Of a stretch of 64,000 bases of DNA, positions 41,849 through 52,490 are shown one piece after another. The notes beneath the pieces were generated by a model that worked only from the letters and a program-made list of their open reading frames with translations, did not search any database and had not been told where the DNA came from. Positions within the stretch are counted from its first letter, which is position 1; the number at the start of each line of letters is the position of its first letter. The position numbers and the translations under genes were made by a program. Source of the stretch: a virus; IMG/VR virus record IMGVR_UViG_3300035171_000016, positions 1 through 64,000 of that record, one strand, 5' to 3'.

Positions 41849-42091
41849 ACCTATACTTACACAACTTAATTATTTATAATATAAATAATATTCGTCTTTT
41901 AATTGATTTAGTTTACTATAAATTTTTTTACATTCGGCTTGATAAGTAGCGTTTCTTTTGCCTATTTCCTCAAGTTTTTTAATATCTGTAGTCCAATCGC
42001 AAGATTCTACAAATCTTCCTGTATTCTTGGCGGCATTTTCTAGAGCCGATATTTGATTTTCGTACCATTTTTTAGATTTGATAGACATAAC

Positions 42092-42409
42092 TTATCCTTG
42101 TCCGTGATTGCCAAGAGCATCTTCTAAACAGTTAGCATAAATAATATCACTGTTTTCTTTAATTTTACTATCTTCGTATTCATTTACTCGACGCCTAATA
42201 AATTCAAGTTTAATACATTCTAACGCTCCTACTAAATCATTAGCCGTCCTATATCTTGGATTATTATCAAATAGTTTCCAAACTATACAAGAAACTAAAT
42301 AATTTAAGTCTCCAACATCAAAAGTTTTAGAGTCTTTAGATAGCGTTTCGACGGCCTTATCAATTATTTCTTTATATTGTTCGCGGGCTTCGGGTTTAAT
42401 GTATGGCAT
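42092..42409 (-). CDS. conserved phage protein (MPYI...; DUF6899-like)
   Basis: MPYIK..R...GDLNY...GALECIKLEF.RR...YED.KI..N.DI. Confidence 0.6.
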   Translation of the reverse strand: MPYIKPEAREQYKEIIDKAVETLSKDSKTFDVGDLNYLVSCIVWKLFDNNPRYRTANDLVGALECIKLEFIRRRVNEYEDSKIKENSDIIYANCLEDALGNHGQG

Positions 42410-42638
42410 ATAATTTTTTTATTTAAATTTAGGCTTTTATTATTTTTGTATTCTTGCATTAGTTCATCCGCACGAGTTGGACAAATAGGCGGCGAATATG
42501 GATTATCTGTTGCGGGTACAGCATCTACTTCATTATAAATTTTACCGCAAAAACATTTTAATTTTCCATTTCCTTGATACATATCAAAATATGTATTTTC
42601 GACAGAATTTTCTAGGCTTTCTAGGTAATCCATAGTAT

Positions 42639-43280
42639 TTATAACTTCTTATATTCTATACCTTTTTCTGTCAAAAGTAAATAGTTTCTTCCGTTTTGTT
42701 GTCCGGTATGGTGGTTTCCGTCACAAAGCTGACCTACTACATATCTTCTAGGAGAAAAATTATCTACCTTATTTAAATGTAAATGACCCTGAATAACTCC
42801 AATAGTTTGACTATCAAACGTATAGTTATGTTTAAACTGTTCTTCTGTTATTTTATCTGGAAAGCTCCATAGGTCTTTGGGTAAATTATGAAAGCAGTAA
42901 TAATTTAATCCATTAGGTAATATCAACTTAAATCCGCGAGGAAGGTTTTCTAAAAATTGTAAATGTTCTTTAGATAAATTAAAATCCGGCGGCTTGCCTA
43001 GTACTCTTTGAGTAACAAATTTATCGTTATTAGAAGAGGCAACTAAAAATGATTCGTGGTTTCCCTCTAAAACTGGAATATTATTATCTATAAAATATTG
43101 AATAGAATATTTATTAAATTCGTCGCCATCTTTAGCAAAAAGGAAAGTAAAGTCCCCAAGCGAAATCACAGGAGATTCAGGGTATAGCTCTTTTAATTTG
43201 CGAATATTAGCTAAATTGCAATGACTATCCGAAAACAAAACACATGGGAATCTATTTATATTTATTTCTTTAATAGTCAT
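42639..43280 (-). CDS. metallophosphoesterase
   Basis: SDSHCN, LGD, GNHE, GHLH. Confidence 0.82.
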   Translation of the reverse strand: MTIKEININRFPCVLFSDSHCNLANIRKLKELYPESPVISLGDFTFLFAKDGDEFNKYSIQYFIDNNIPVLEGNHESFLVASSNNDKFVTQRVLGKPPDFNLSKEHLQFLENLPRGFKLILPNGLNYYCFHNLPKDLWSFPDKITEEQFKHNYTFDSQTIGVIQGHLHLNKVDNFSPRRYVVGQLCDGNHHTGQQNGRNYLLLTEKGIEYKKL

Positions 43281-43848
43281 TATTTCTTTTTATACTTAAA
43301 TGTTCTAGAATTGTAATTTCAAATAAACTAGATATAATAAAAATATATAATATTATTTTCTCGGAAAGAGAAGTTGATAAAATTGGATTAACTAGAAAAT
43401 ATAAAAAATTTAAAGACTTTCTATTTCCTGAATTATAGTATCTATATTAACGGTCTTTTTACCGTTTAATTTTGTATTTAAGAAAATAATTTTTAATACT
43501 TCCTCTCTACAGGCATCCCAGCCATCAGAACATAAAAACACCTGTTCTTTATTTAAATCTTGTTCTTGATTATTATTGTATTTATTAAACCATTCTTTAA
43601 AATTCATAATTATTTCCTTTTTTCAAAAAAAACTTCAAGGCATCTAAATTGCCTAAAAATAGATATTTCGTTAGTATATCCATAAACCTTTCCAGTTTCC
43701 AAATCTATATTTAAATTATTAATATGATTACAATGGCCAATTTCAAAAAAATAAAAATTTGATTTTGAATAAAATCTACAGTCTTTACAAAGTTTTATAT
43801 CTTTAATGTATTGTTTATCAATATCCATAAGAAAGTATAAGGTTTATA

Positions 43849-44646
43849 CTATCTTTTGTCAATTTTTATTTCGTTTCCGGTGCAAGATTTATTATTAACC
43901 TTAAAGCAATCAATTTTATCAGAGAAGATTTGAAATTTATTATTAATACAGCCAGTATTCGTAAACTGATTTACTTGTGCCATAAATATACCAAATTTAT
44001 TATTGTTTAAGTTAATATTTAAAAATTTATTATTGCTACTGTTTCTTATAAAAATTGCAGTATCATTACTATATATAAAACAATTAGAAAATACATTAAA
44101 ATTAAAGTTATTATCAAGAGATATGCCCGCAGCCAAATTCCCTTTTAAAGATATATTATAAAAGAAACTATTAGTAGTTTCGTAAAATGCCGCGCCATCG
44201 TATTCGTTATTTTCTGACGTTAAATTATTTATCTGTAGATTATCAACTCCTAAAGTAGTTACTATGCCGCCAGACTTACAGTTTTTAATATTAATATTGG
44301 ATAATCTTACGTTTTTACAGTTTTGAATAAAGATGCCGTCATTATTAATGATTCCTCGGTTAGTTTTTTTGTACAGTTCTTTAGATTGGTTTAATCTATT
44401 TCCGTCAATAGTAATATTATTTATTAAAATGTTAGTTATCGGTTCTCCATATTCGTTACCAATTATAATTAGGGGACAATCTGATTTACCGTTTAATATT
44501 AAATTTAAGTTGGTTAGTTTAATATTGCTATTAGTTATTAATATCGGAGAGTTTAAATATATTACTTCTTGAAAATTAAATATAGGATATAAACATAAAA
44601 AAACAATAGAAAGAAAAATTATTTCTATTGTAATATTCTTTAGCAC
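43849..44646 (-). CDS. membrane-anchored right-handed beta-helix (pectin lyase-like) protein
   Basis: N-terminal TM; Asn-rich parallel beta-helix repeats NITIDGN, DGIFI, GISLD, GIFM. Confidence 0.78.
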   Translation of the reverse strand: MLKNITIEIIFLSIVFLCLYPIFNFQEVIYLNSPILITNSNIKLTNLNLILNGKSDCPLIIIGNEYGEPITNILINNITIDGNRLNQSKELYKKTNRGIINNDGIFIQNCKNVRLSNINIKNCKSGGIVTTLGVDNLQINNLTSENNEYDGAAFYETTNSFFYNISLKGNLAAGISLDNNFNFNVFSNCFIYSNDTAIFIRNSSNNKFLNINLNNNKFGIFMAQVNQFTNTGCINNKFQIFSDKIDCFKVNNKSCTGNEIKIDKR

Positions 44647-46292
44647 ATGATATTTACACTATTAATCTTAAATATTATGAAGCGCAGCCGGTAGTTGCAT
44701 TTTTCTCTACCCTTTCTATACCATAAAGCTTAATATTTTTAATTGCAGCATTATAACCGTTGGCAAAAGCAAATAATAAAGTTGGTTCGTAGTTGGTAGA
44801 TTTTGTAGAATCTAGGGTTGCTTTCCATTCTTCTTTATACATATCTACTTTTTGTTTTGTATTATTAGGATTTAATTTTTTCATAATTTATCAGGGTCAT
44901 AACCTTCTGTAATCATGTCATATTTTGGAACTTTAACATTCTTATCTGGTTTGCAACGGTCTGGATATAATACTATTTTAGGATTATTCTCTATAATCTC
45001 GGCTATCAAATTAACAATTTCCTCGGGGCCAAATACCGATTTCCAATCACAAGTTTCGGAAATTTCAGAAACTTTATCCATATAAAGCTGAAATAATTTT
45101 TCTTTATTAATTTTCATATTTTAGGCATCCCATCCATTATCTGAATAATAACTACGTTTTGGTCTTGTATTTTCTTCTATTTTAGATACTTTTTTTATTA
45201 AAATTTCTTCTAATTTTTTAATTCTATTATATAAGCTTTCTATAACTTGTATAGGAATAACAACTATTTCGGACGATTTTATTAATGGCGGCTCATCATT
45301 AATAATCATAAAATTATATTTTAGGATATATATTATTCTTAACTATTAGAATCATAAAACCGGCAATAGCTACAATTAGAATTATATTATGACTCATTAT
45401 TTTATTGCTTCTAAAATTTTACCTAACATTTCAAGTCTCCATTTTTTATCACCCGGATGCTCATTTTGCGCCCATTCATGGTCATAGTCTTTTTTTATTT
45501 CTTTTAAAAGGCTACGATATTCTTCTTTTTCTTTTTTTATTTGGTTAAAATCTTTTTTTAATTCGGTGCATACACCTTCTATAATTTGAATTACCTGTTC
45601 CGAGTTAAGAATTGATAATTTTGCAATTTCATGGTAAAGAACGGCGTCTAAGTTATTTATTGTAGTTTTCATATTTAAAATTAATGTTTTCTATCTTCAT
45701 CTAGCCAGCCTAACCAACCGGCAATAATAAAAATTAATAATCCAATCAAAAATAACGCCCCAACATATTTAACAGTAAAAGTAGCTATTAGTGCGGCATA
45801 ATCAGTATTCATATTTTTTTAAGATATTATAAAGTTTTCTTAATTCTTCTATTCTTTCTTTATAAGAACAATTGCAAAATTCGGTATTATGATAAGAACA
45901 TAAATCCGTATGAAATGCGTAATTTTCAATAAAAGAGCGAGACTTTTCTAAAAACTCTTTTATTTCTAATAAATCTTTAAATTTACAATTGCTATCTGCC
46001 ATAATAAATATTATCTAGGAATAACTTTTCTTTTTAATCTATTAGCGTCTCTCCTAGATGCCCCCTCTTGCTTTTCAACTTCGCATAAAGAGGCCTTTTC
46101 TAGAAAATCAAGAGCGGTTATATAAACTTTATTAAAAAAATTTTCAGAAGAGAATCCGGGTTCAATATTGGTAAACTTAATACCATATATCTTAGACCAT
46201 GAATAGGCCGTTTTCTTAATTTTATCGTTGTCTACAAACTTTTCCATAGAAAAGAGTATAGTATAGAACTACTAGGAAGTCAAATAAAATAA

Positions 46293-46541
46293 TTACTTCT
46301 TATTTTGACCCATTTGATGGCCAAAATAGAAAGATATTACGCTAACAGTTAAATTTGCTAATACATCCGGTATTACCTTCGTCATAAATGCTAATATACA
46401 AATAGTTAAAACAAGAAAAATTGCAATAAGACCTCTAACAGAGAGACTTCCAATTTTAGAACCATCATTTTGAGATACTTGAGCTACATCTGTAGTGTCG
46501 GCAACTTTAGGCGTACTAGTAGTTTGTGTTTCGTCTGGCAT
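46293..46541 (-). CDS. two-TM membrane protein, holin-like
   Basis: Two TM helices ending ISFYFG. Confidence 0.45.
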   Translation of the reverse strand: MPDETQTTSTPKVADTTDVAQVSQNDGSKIGSLSVRGLIAIFLVLTICILAFMTKVIPDVLANLTVSVISFYFGHQMGQNKK

Positions 46542-46784
46542 AAATATCCTATATATTAAATATTACACCTAATTATTATCTTTTTTATCTTTGTTTTTAT
46601 CTTCTTTATTAATTACTTTATCGTTAATATCAGGTATATATTGAATATTTGCCATTTTTAACCAATTTTGGTGAACTAGACTATAAAAATATTTATCATT
46701 ATCTTCTGGACAATTTTGAATCATATAGGAATATTACATTAAATAAAGTGTAAATAAACAAAAATAATAGATTATTATACATTT

Positions 46785-47081
46785 ATGCCAAGAATTTTAT
46801 TAAATATAACCGTGAATAATACGCCACAACAAATTACTGGCGCACCCACATTCTTTAGAACGGCTTCGTTTTTTGGTATTAGTGGCTTTAATTCCAATGG
46901 AACACCTAAAAATAATATTCAAACCGTTTATGTAGGTACTGTTTCTGGTGAATGCCCTATGGTAGCGGCGGCTGGCAGTAGTTTTGTTTACAATACCCAA
47001 ACAGATAGAGAAAGAGAAAATTTAGGTAATTGGTTTTATCAAGGAACTACTGGAGACGGATTATATATTGTTTATAATTAA
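46785..47081 (+). CDS. hypothetical beta-rich protein
   Basis: 98 aa, preceded by GTGTAA at 46748-46753. Confidence 0.65.
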   Translation: MPRILLNITVNNTPQQITGAPTFFRTASFFGISGFNSNGTPKNNIQTVYVGTVSGECPMVAAAGSSFVYNTQTDRERENLGNWFYQGTTGDGLYIVYN

Positions 47082-47082
47082 A

Positions 47083-47274
47083 ATGAGATTTAATTTAGCA
47101 GTACTAATAATTCCTGCTATTTTAATGCTTTCTGGTTGTGTTATAGTTTCAAAAAATAGAGTATTTCCTAAAGTTGACTGGTATTGGTCAAAAGACGCAA
47201 TAAACCAAAGACAAGATATAATTGCCGAAAAACAATACGAAAAATCCTATGAAACAAATAAAATAAGTAAATAA
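47083..47274 (+). CDS. small lipoprotein
   Basis: MRFNLAVLIIPAILMLSGC lipobox. Confidence 0.55.
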   Translation: MRFNLAVLIIPAILMLSGCVIVSKNRVFPKVDWYWSKDAINQRQDIIAEKQYEKSYETNKISK

Positions 47275-47529
47275 TTACTTATCTTTTTTATGTTTTAACT
47301 GGTCTTGAAGAACAGCCATTTGAACTTTTAGATTATTTATTTCGCTATTGGCTTTTTGGATTTCTTGTTCTTTCTCGTTTATATGAGACCAAATTAGAGT
47401 TTGGGTATCTTTTTGCTTGTGGTTTTCATTATATAAATCAGTTAGTCCGCCAATTAAAGCTAATATAGAGCCCCAAGAGATAGCGTGGGACTTATATTTT
47501 CTATATAATCTTTTGGTTTGTTTTACCAT
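47275..47529 (-). CDS. TM plus coiled-coil protein
   Basis: Hydrophobic segment then heptad repeats. Confidence 0.55.
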   Translation of the reverse strand: MVKQTKRLYRKYKSHAISWGSILALIGGLTDLYNENHKQKDTQTLIWSHINEKEQEIQKANSEINNLKVQMAVLQDQLKHKKDK

Positions 47530-47567
47530 CTATAGGAATTACACCTATAAATGGCAAAATTTGATTA

Positions 47568-48200
47568 CTATTGAGCTAAGAACCAGAACCAATCTGGATG
47601 ACCTAAATGCTTAATAGTTAACGCTACAGGCATGGGAAGAGGCTCCTTATGGTTAAATAAAGGCTTTAAGCCTAACTCTTCCAAAGGTTTATTTCCACGC
47701 TTACTATTAATTTCGGCATCTACGAACATAAGATTTTCAAAAGTATCTTTTCCGCCGTGACTTTTGGCCTGCTTATGTTCAAGATTTCCTCTTTTAAAAG
47801 GAATTTTCTTGCCAGAATAGCCACATCTTCCGTCCTGCTTCTCGTAAAAGTACATTTTAGTTGGCCTAAACCTTTTTTTAGGTATTTTGCCATAATTTGT
47901 AACGATTACTGAAGGGCAACGAATTGTTAGTTTTGAAGTTCTAACTACATTATCTATTCCGACTCTTGGCTCAACCATTAACCATTCTTCAAAATCTAAA
48001 GCTTGGTAATAATCTAATTCGTTTAAATTTAATGAGCCGTCCTCATTTTTCTTATAAACGACATCAATAGCCTTTGCGGTAATAGTATAGTCGTTAGACT
48101 GGCTATTAAGCGCGACTAAAGCCTTCTTTGGTGAAAGAGTGCCGATACACTGGTAGCCTTTATTCAAGACTAATACTGATGATTTATTTAAATAGTCCAT
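47568..48200 (-). CDS. HNH endonuclease
   Basis: VLVLN..Y, PSVI, CGYSG...NLEHKQAKSHGGKDTFENL.....N..RGN. Confidence 0.8.
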   Translation of the reverse strand: MDYLNKSSVLVLNKGYQCIGTLSPKKALVALNSQSNDYTITAKAIDVVYKKNEDGSLNLNELDYYQALDFEEWLMVEPRVGIDNVVRTSKLTIRCPSVIVTNYGKIPKKRFRPTKMYFYEKQDGRCGYSGKKIPFKRGNLEHKQAKSHGGKDTFENLMFVDAEINSKRGNKPLEELGLKPLFNHKEPLPMPVALTIKHLGHPDWFWFLAQ

Positions 48201-48440
48201 GTTATACTAGTTTCTATTTTATTTTTATTTAATTTGTCCCATTGTTTTAATGCGTAATATATTCTTTTAGTCGCGCTTCCAATTCTTTCTTTAGAAATAT
48301 CTCCGTGTGCATGAATTGTGCTTCTTAGTGCCCCGACAATAGCTTTTTCTAAACTTCCGCGTTTGTTTGTATTAAAATTAAAATTGTTCATTTATTAATA
48401 AAAAATAATAGATAAATATTAAAATGTCAAGAAATTAATT

Positions 48441-48691
48441 GAAACGCAGCCATAATCGCCGTTCTGTTTTATCTCTACATTTATCTCACTTTTCAGTGGC
48501 TAATCTTTATGATTAGCTGCTCCAACCTTTCCTTTACATCGGCCAGCACTAGCCTTTGGAACTTTAGGATTACTGCTAATTTGTGGTATTAATGAACGGG
48601 TGCAAAAGCAAGTACCGTTCTCCCAACATCTGCTATGCAGAGGCGAATTTCCTCAAATCATTTCTGACTTGCGTAGAGTCGCTTACGTTTC
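48441..48691 (-). ncRNA. rnpB: RNase P RNA (compact, about 250 nt)
   Basis: P1 GAAACGT/GCGTTTC; P2 CTCTAC/GTAGAG; P3 hairpin; CR-I GAGGAAATTCGCC; GGAGCA; P15 and P18 (GAAA) hairpins; AGATAAATG; CR-V ACAGAACGGCGATTAT with compensatory P4 TCGCC/GGCGA. Confidence 0.88.
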
Positions 48692-49126
48692 AAAATTTAT
48701 TTTTTCTATAGTAGCGTCTGGATAAATAATTATAATTTTTTTCTTCATTTTCACAGCATACCTTTTGGTAGACCATGTTCCTGACCTAAGTTGTTCAATT
48801 TTTTCTTTAGGACAAACAATTAATAATTCAGATTCGTTAACAATATCTTTATTTCTATCTAAATACGGTTTTGACGGCAAAATTGTTTTAGCTTTACAAA
48901 AGGCTCGTTTAACCTCATTAATTGGTGGATGAATAATAATTTTTCCTAAAAATTTATTCTTATTTTGAATAAAATAAAAAACAGATAAATTATGAGCATC
49001 ATAATCAGCCCCTAAACAATCTCCATGATGAAATTCTCTACAGTCTAACGTAAACAAAAAAATAAAAAATATATTCTTTTGTTCCTGAGTCATTCCTGCC
49101 TGTGTTCCAGTAAATCCTATAACCAT
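48683..49126 (-). CDS. SLOG/DprA-like nucleotide-binding protein
   Basis: IGFTGT, HHGDCLGAD, YL.RN..IV, RSGTWST. Confidence 0.6.
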   Translation of the reverse strand: MVIGFTGTQAGMTQEQKNIFFIFLFTLDCREFHHGDCLGADYDAHNLSVFYFIQNKNKFLGKIIIHPPINEVKRAFCKAKTILPSKPYLDRNKDIVNESELLIVCPKEKIEQLRSGTWSTKRYAVKMKKKIIIIYPDATIEKINFET

Positions 49127-49560
49127 ATAATTTATAATTTCCAATTATCTTGATTATCCTCAAGTCTAGAATTAAACCATCCATAAAAACCAGAAGGAAA
49201 AGAGGCAAATATAATAGACATAAAAATACAAAATAATACTCTAATAGGCCACAATGCTACCCATCCAACCCACCAAGTTATAGTTTTTTTAGTCATATAA
49301 ATATGATAATATTGTTATTTTAAAAAGTCAAGATATATAAAAACAAAAAATCCATCAGAAACTAATCTGATGGATTTGATTTATTAAAAAAATTTATGAC
49401 AATTGTTTTATTACATTTGCCGCAAGATATTGTATCTGGAATAAATCCGGTAGTAGCCCATTTTTGAAAATGGCCGCATTTACATTTTAATTTAAATTGA
49501 GGAACTTGGCCGTATACACCGACCTTGCGACTTCTAATTCTTATTGCGTTTTTCATAAAA

Positions 49561-49635
49561 TGGAGGGAATGGCTGGACTTTAACCAGATTATCTTCTTTA
49601 CGAAAGAAGTGCATCAACATAAATGCTTCAAACCC
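49561..49635 (-). tRNA. tRNA-Thr(CGT), mismatched acceptor stem
   Basis: CTTCT-TTCGTAA-AGAAG; CCA end. Confidence 0.75.
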
Positions 49636-49639
49636 GTAA

Positions 49640-49714
49640 TGGAGGGAAAGCCGGAACTTGCATCCGGTTGACAATATTACCAATATTGCGTTTTACTATA
49701 TAAACCACAATCCC
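49640..49714 (-). tRNA. tRNA-Thr(GGT)
   Basis: CAATA-TTGGTAA-TATTG; CCA end. Confidence 0.78.
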
Positions 49715-49945
49715 ATTTAAGCTATCCAGACATCAATCTATAATTACATCCGTATTTTTCTTTAAAAACTTCGTTTTCTTTTTTACCATGAACTTTTGGC
49801 CAGCCTTGTTCTTCCCATATAATACAATACTCGCAAATACCATGAATAATAATCAAATCACGCCCGCATTCTGGACACTGATTTTTTAGATAATATTTGC
49901 GTCCAAAAGTAAAATCTTTCATATATTTAATTATGTTAGGTAACA

Positions 49946-50025
49946 TGGCGAAGTTGGCGAGAGTCGAACTCGCATAATTTCCAATTATGCACTTACTGTT
50001 TAGGAAACAGAGCCATTACAACTTC
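49946..50025 (-). tRNA. tRNA-Arg(CCT), lacking a D arm, long variable arm
   Basis: GAAGTTG/CAACTTC; CTGT-TTCCTAA-ACAG; GCGAG-TTCGACT-CTCGC; GCCA. Confidence 0.7.
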
Positions 50026-50054
50026 AAAATTAATAATAATTAAAATAACTTCCT

Positions 50055-50336
50055 TTACCATAAATGAGAAAAATCAATCTCTCTGGTTCCAACTTGAATG
50101 CCTATGCTCCCATTTAGAGTCGAAAGATGCGTGGCCGTTAGAAAAGAAAAGAAAAGAAAAGAAAAGAAAAGAAAAGAAAAGAAAAGAAATGAACTATGAT
50201 TAGGACATTCAAAATAGAATAGGTCATTCCCACTTCTTTCTCCAGTTAAGGGGTCGAACTTGATTTCCACAGAATACTCTTTTATAATAAGAGGGCTTCT
50301 GCATTTCTCACAAAAAACATCAGATTTAGTTTTCAT
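50055..50336 (-). CDS. Zn-ribbon-like hypothetical protein containing a pentanucleotide SSR
   Basis: CEKC...CPNH then FLFFS repeats. Confidence 0.5.
   Translation of the reverse strand: MKTKSDVFCEKCRSPLIIKEYSVEIKFDPLTGERSGNDLFYFECPNHSSFLFFSFLFFSFLFFSFLTATHLSTLNGSIGIQVGTREIDFSHLW
50141..50189. repeat. (GAAAA)9+GAAA simple sequence repeat
   Basis: Perfect tandem pentamer read directly. Confidence 0.95.
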
Positions 50337-50352
50337 ATTTTGTTTTATAAAA

Positions 50353-50444
50353 TGGCGGATACAGAAGGGGATGCTCCCTCACTGGCTGTTAAACCAGAAC
50401 ACTTTAGCAAAGTGCCGCGCCAAGCTGATATGCGCCTTGTATCC
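50353..50444 (-). tRNA. tRNA-Ser(GCT)
   Basis: GCACT-TTGCTAA-AGTGT; long variable arm; G73. Confidence 0.85.
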
Positions 50445-50448
50445 AAAA

Positions 50449-50533
50449 TGGTAGCCACGGGGAGATTCGGACTCCCAAACCCATCCGGTTTAAGCGGATA
50501 TGCTGTTCCAGTTCGCAATGAGGGCACGCGGCC
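50449..50533 (-). tRNA. tRNA-Leu(TAA), atypical
   Basis: ATCCG-CTTAAAC-CGGAT; short variable loop; extended D region. Confidence 0.8.
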
Positions 50534-50803
50534 ATTAAATTAACAAAATAAATACCTATAATATACTACCATCAAAACAAAATACAGAACTAATCCGGTA
50601 ACATATAATATTAGTTTAATTAAATCTTTAGAACTTATATTTTGTTCATAAAAATTATTTTCTTTTTCTGGTGGATATTTTGACCAATAATCTCCATCTG
50701 TTTTATACCATCCATCAAGAATGGCGCGATTACGATGTTTTTCTATCCAAGGTTCTTTCATATAAAAAGTATAATACTTTTATGCTTTAAAGTCAATACA
50801 AAT

Positions 50804-50878
50804 TGGTGCGCCTAGATGGTAACAATCCATCTTCTTTCGGGTAAGGGCCGATTGCTTCATCATTAAAGCTTTAAGCGC
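50804..50878 (-). tRNA. tRNA-Lys(CTT)
   Basis: TCGG-CCCTTAC-CCGA (C33); CCA end. Confidence 0.75.
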
Positions 50879-50882
50879 AAAA

Positions 50883-50961
50883 TGGTAGGCGATGCAAGGT
50901 GGGAACTTGCGGCATTTTCTTTGTAATAGAAATAGTCTTAACCCGTCTGACGTAATCGCCC
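50883..50961 (-). tRNA. tRNA-Val(TAC)
   Basis: TTTCT-ATTACAA-AGAAA. Confidence 0.82.
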
Positions 50962-50968
50962 ATAAAAT

Positions 50969-51047
50969 TGGTACTTCTACTATGTTACCAGCATAGATAA
51001 TTAGATTCAGAGTCTAATATAATTAAGGTATTTATATTATAGAAGTA
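50969..51047 (-). tRNA. tRNA-Gln(CTG), very AU-rich, divergent T loop
   Basis: TTAGA-CTCTGAA-TCTAA. Confidence 0.72.
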
Positions 51048-51052
51048 TGAAA

Positions 51053-51130
51053 TGGAGGACACGGGGAATTGGCTGCTCCCATAATGCTCATTACAAATAA
51101 GCTACTTTAAGCCATTTAAGCTACGAGTCC
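51053..51130 (-). tRNA. tRNA-Thr(TGT)
   Basis: GCTTA-TTTGTAA-TGAGC. Confidence 0.78.
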
Positions 51131-51660
51131 ATTAAAAATTATATTCTCTTTCGCTAATTAAAATTCCGTCTCTATAAACTTTGAACCAATCATAGGGCTG
51201 GCTTAATACAAAATTTTCACATTCAATAAAAGTATCTCTATACTCTTCTATTAAATCTAATCCTCGAATTTTGAGTTTAATTAAATATCGTTTCATAAAC
51301 ATCCACTATAATATTCTTCCCACATACCCTTCCAATATTTATCATTTTCTTCTTGGCATACTGGACATAAGATTGCAAAATTACTTTTATCTTCAACGTA
51401 ATTAGTATTTTGGCGACGTTTTATCGCACCTAACTTATTACAACAATCGCATCTAAGTTTTCTTTTCATTTAAATTAAATTTTGAATTAGGATTAGTATA
51501 ACACCATTCACATTGGACTTGAATTTGTATTTGTTCTCCATATTCATTATGAGTAGTTAAGTGTCCTACATACCATCCAACATTATCACAGTGAGGACAG
51601 TCTTGCCCCTCCTTATTACAATGCGAGCCATTTACAAATGTTGTTGGCTCAAACATAAAT

Positions 51661-51737
51661 TGGTCGCTAATCTTGGAATTAAACCAAGTAACTTGTCTTT
51701 ATGAGAGACAAAGCTCAATCAGTTGCGTTTATTAGCG
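51661..51737 (-). tRNA. tRNA-Met(CAT)
   Basis: TGTCT-CTCATAA-AGACA; CGCTAAT/ATTAGCG. Confidence 0.8.
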
Positions 51738-52167
51738 TTTATTAGCGTTTTTTAACTTCGTTTACTTTTACTTTGTAAATTTTAAATTTATTATTAGGTA
51801 ATTTAATCTTAAATGTAAATCCCTTTCCGTATGGTAGATATTTCCCATTAAAATTAATTTCTTTTATTACCCTATATTTTCTATTATAAGAACGATTTAG
51901 CTCTGCTTGTAATCCACAAAGAACTTTATCTCCGAGGGTCAAAGATATTAAATCTGGAATATATTCATTATCAAATTTATTCATAATATAATTCGGTTAT
52001 AAAATAGTTAATGATGGCAACAGCTTCCCACCATAGTAAACATAGAGAAAATAGCAATCCATGATAAGTTAATAGATATATCTTTTAAAATCTTTTTGAT
52101 TTCGTTAAATTGTTTATCGTTCATGTATTGATATTAATATAAAAAATATAAGAAGTCAATATTAAAA

Positions 52168-52243
52168 TGGCCCGGTTTATCCGAGTCGAACGGATTTCTC
52201 CTCCTCTTCAGGGAAGATACATGACCCCACATTAGCAAACCGG
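52168..52243 (-). tRNA. tRNA-Phe(GAA)
   Basis: CTTCC-CTGAAGA-GGAGG; ATCCG-TTCGACT-CGGAT. Confidence 0.82.
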
Positions 52244-52247
52244 AAAC

Positions 52248-52323
52248 TGGCGCGGGTTTCGCTTGAATTGAAATGTATCAACTCAACCAAGTTCCTTTTG
52301 TCTAACTTGGAATAGGAGCCCGC
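52248..52323 (-). ncRNA. tRNA-sized three-way-junction RNA ending in CCA
   Basis: GCGGG/CCCGC-GCCA closing two hairpins (CCAAGTT/AACTTGG and TTGAGTTGA/TCAATTCAA). Confidence 0.6.
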
Positions 52324-52328
52324 ATAAA

Positions 52329-52405
52329 TGGTACAGTCGGTAGGAGTTGCACCCACATAATTCTCCTTAGAACGGAGTTCCCTAATCTATTCGAGGCACG
52401 GCTGC
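52329..52405 (-). tRNA. tRNA-Arg(TCT)
   Basis: CTCC-GTTCTAA-GGAG. Confidence 0.8.
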
Positions 52406-52412
52406 ATTAAAA

Positions 52413-52490
52413 TGGACGACCTATCTAGTCGGGAGCTAGAAAATAGACTTTCAAAGAGTCCTGTGTTTAACCCACTTACACTATAGGTCG
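52413..52490 (-). tRNA. tRNA-Gln(TTG)
   Basis: GGACT-CTTTGAA-AGTCT. Confidence 0.8.

Noticed and set aside
167-44572. Most + strand ORFs (e.g. 8282-8551, 21997-22386, 29286-29591, 40812-41375, 44333-44572)
   Set aside because: Antisense shadows of well-supported minus-strand genes.
50260-50543. ORFs 50260-50454, 50340-50543 and 50345-50527
   Set aside because: They overlap tRNA-Ser and tRNA-Leu genes; spurious.
49946-52405. Amber suppressor reading (CTA) of the loops TTCCTAA and GTTCTAA
   Set aside because: With 7-nt loops the centred anticodons are CCT and TCT (Arg). Known genes read intact in code 11 and TAG, TGA and TAA all act as stops, so there is no sign of recoding.
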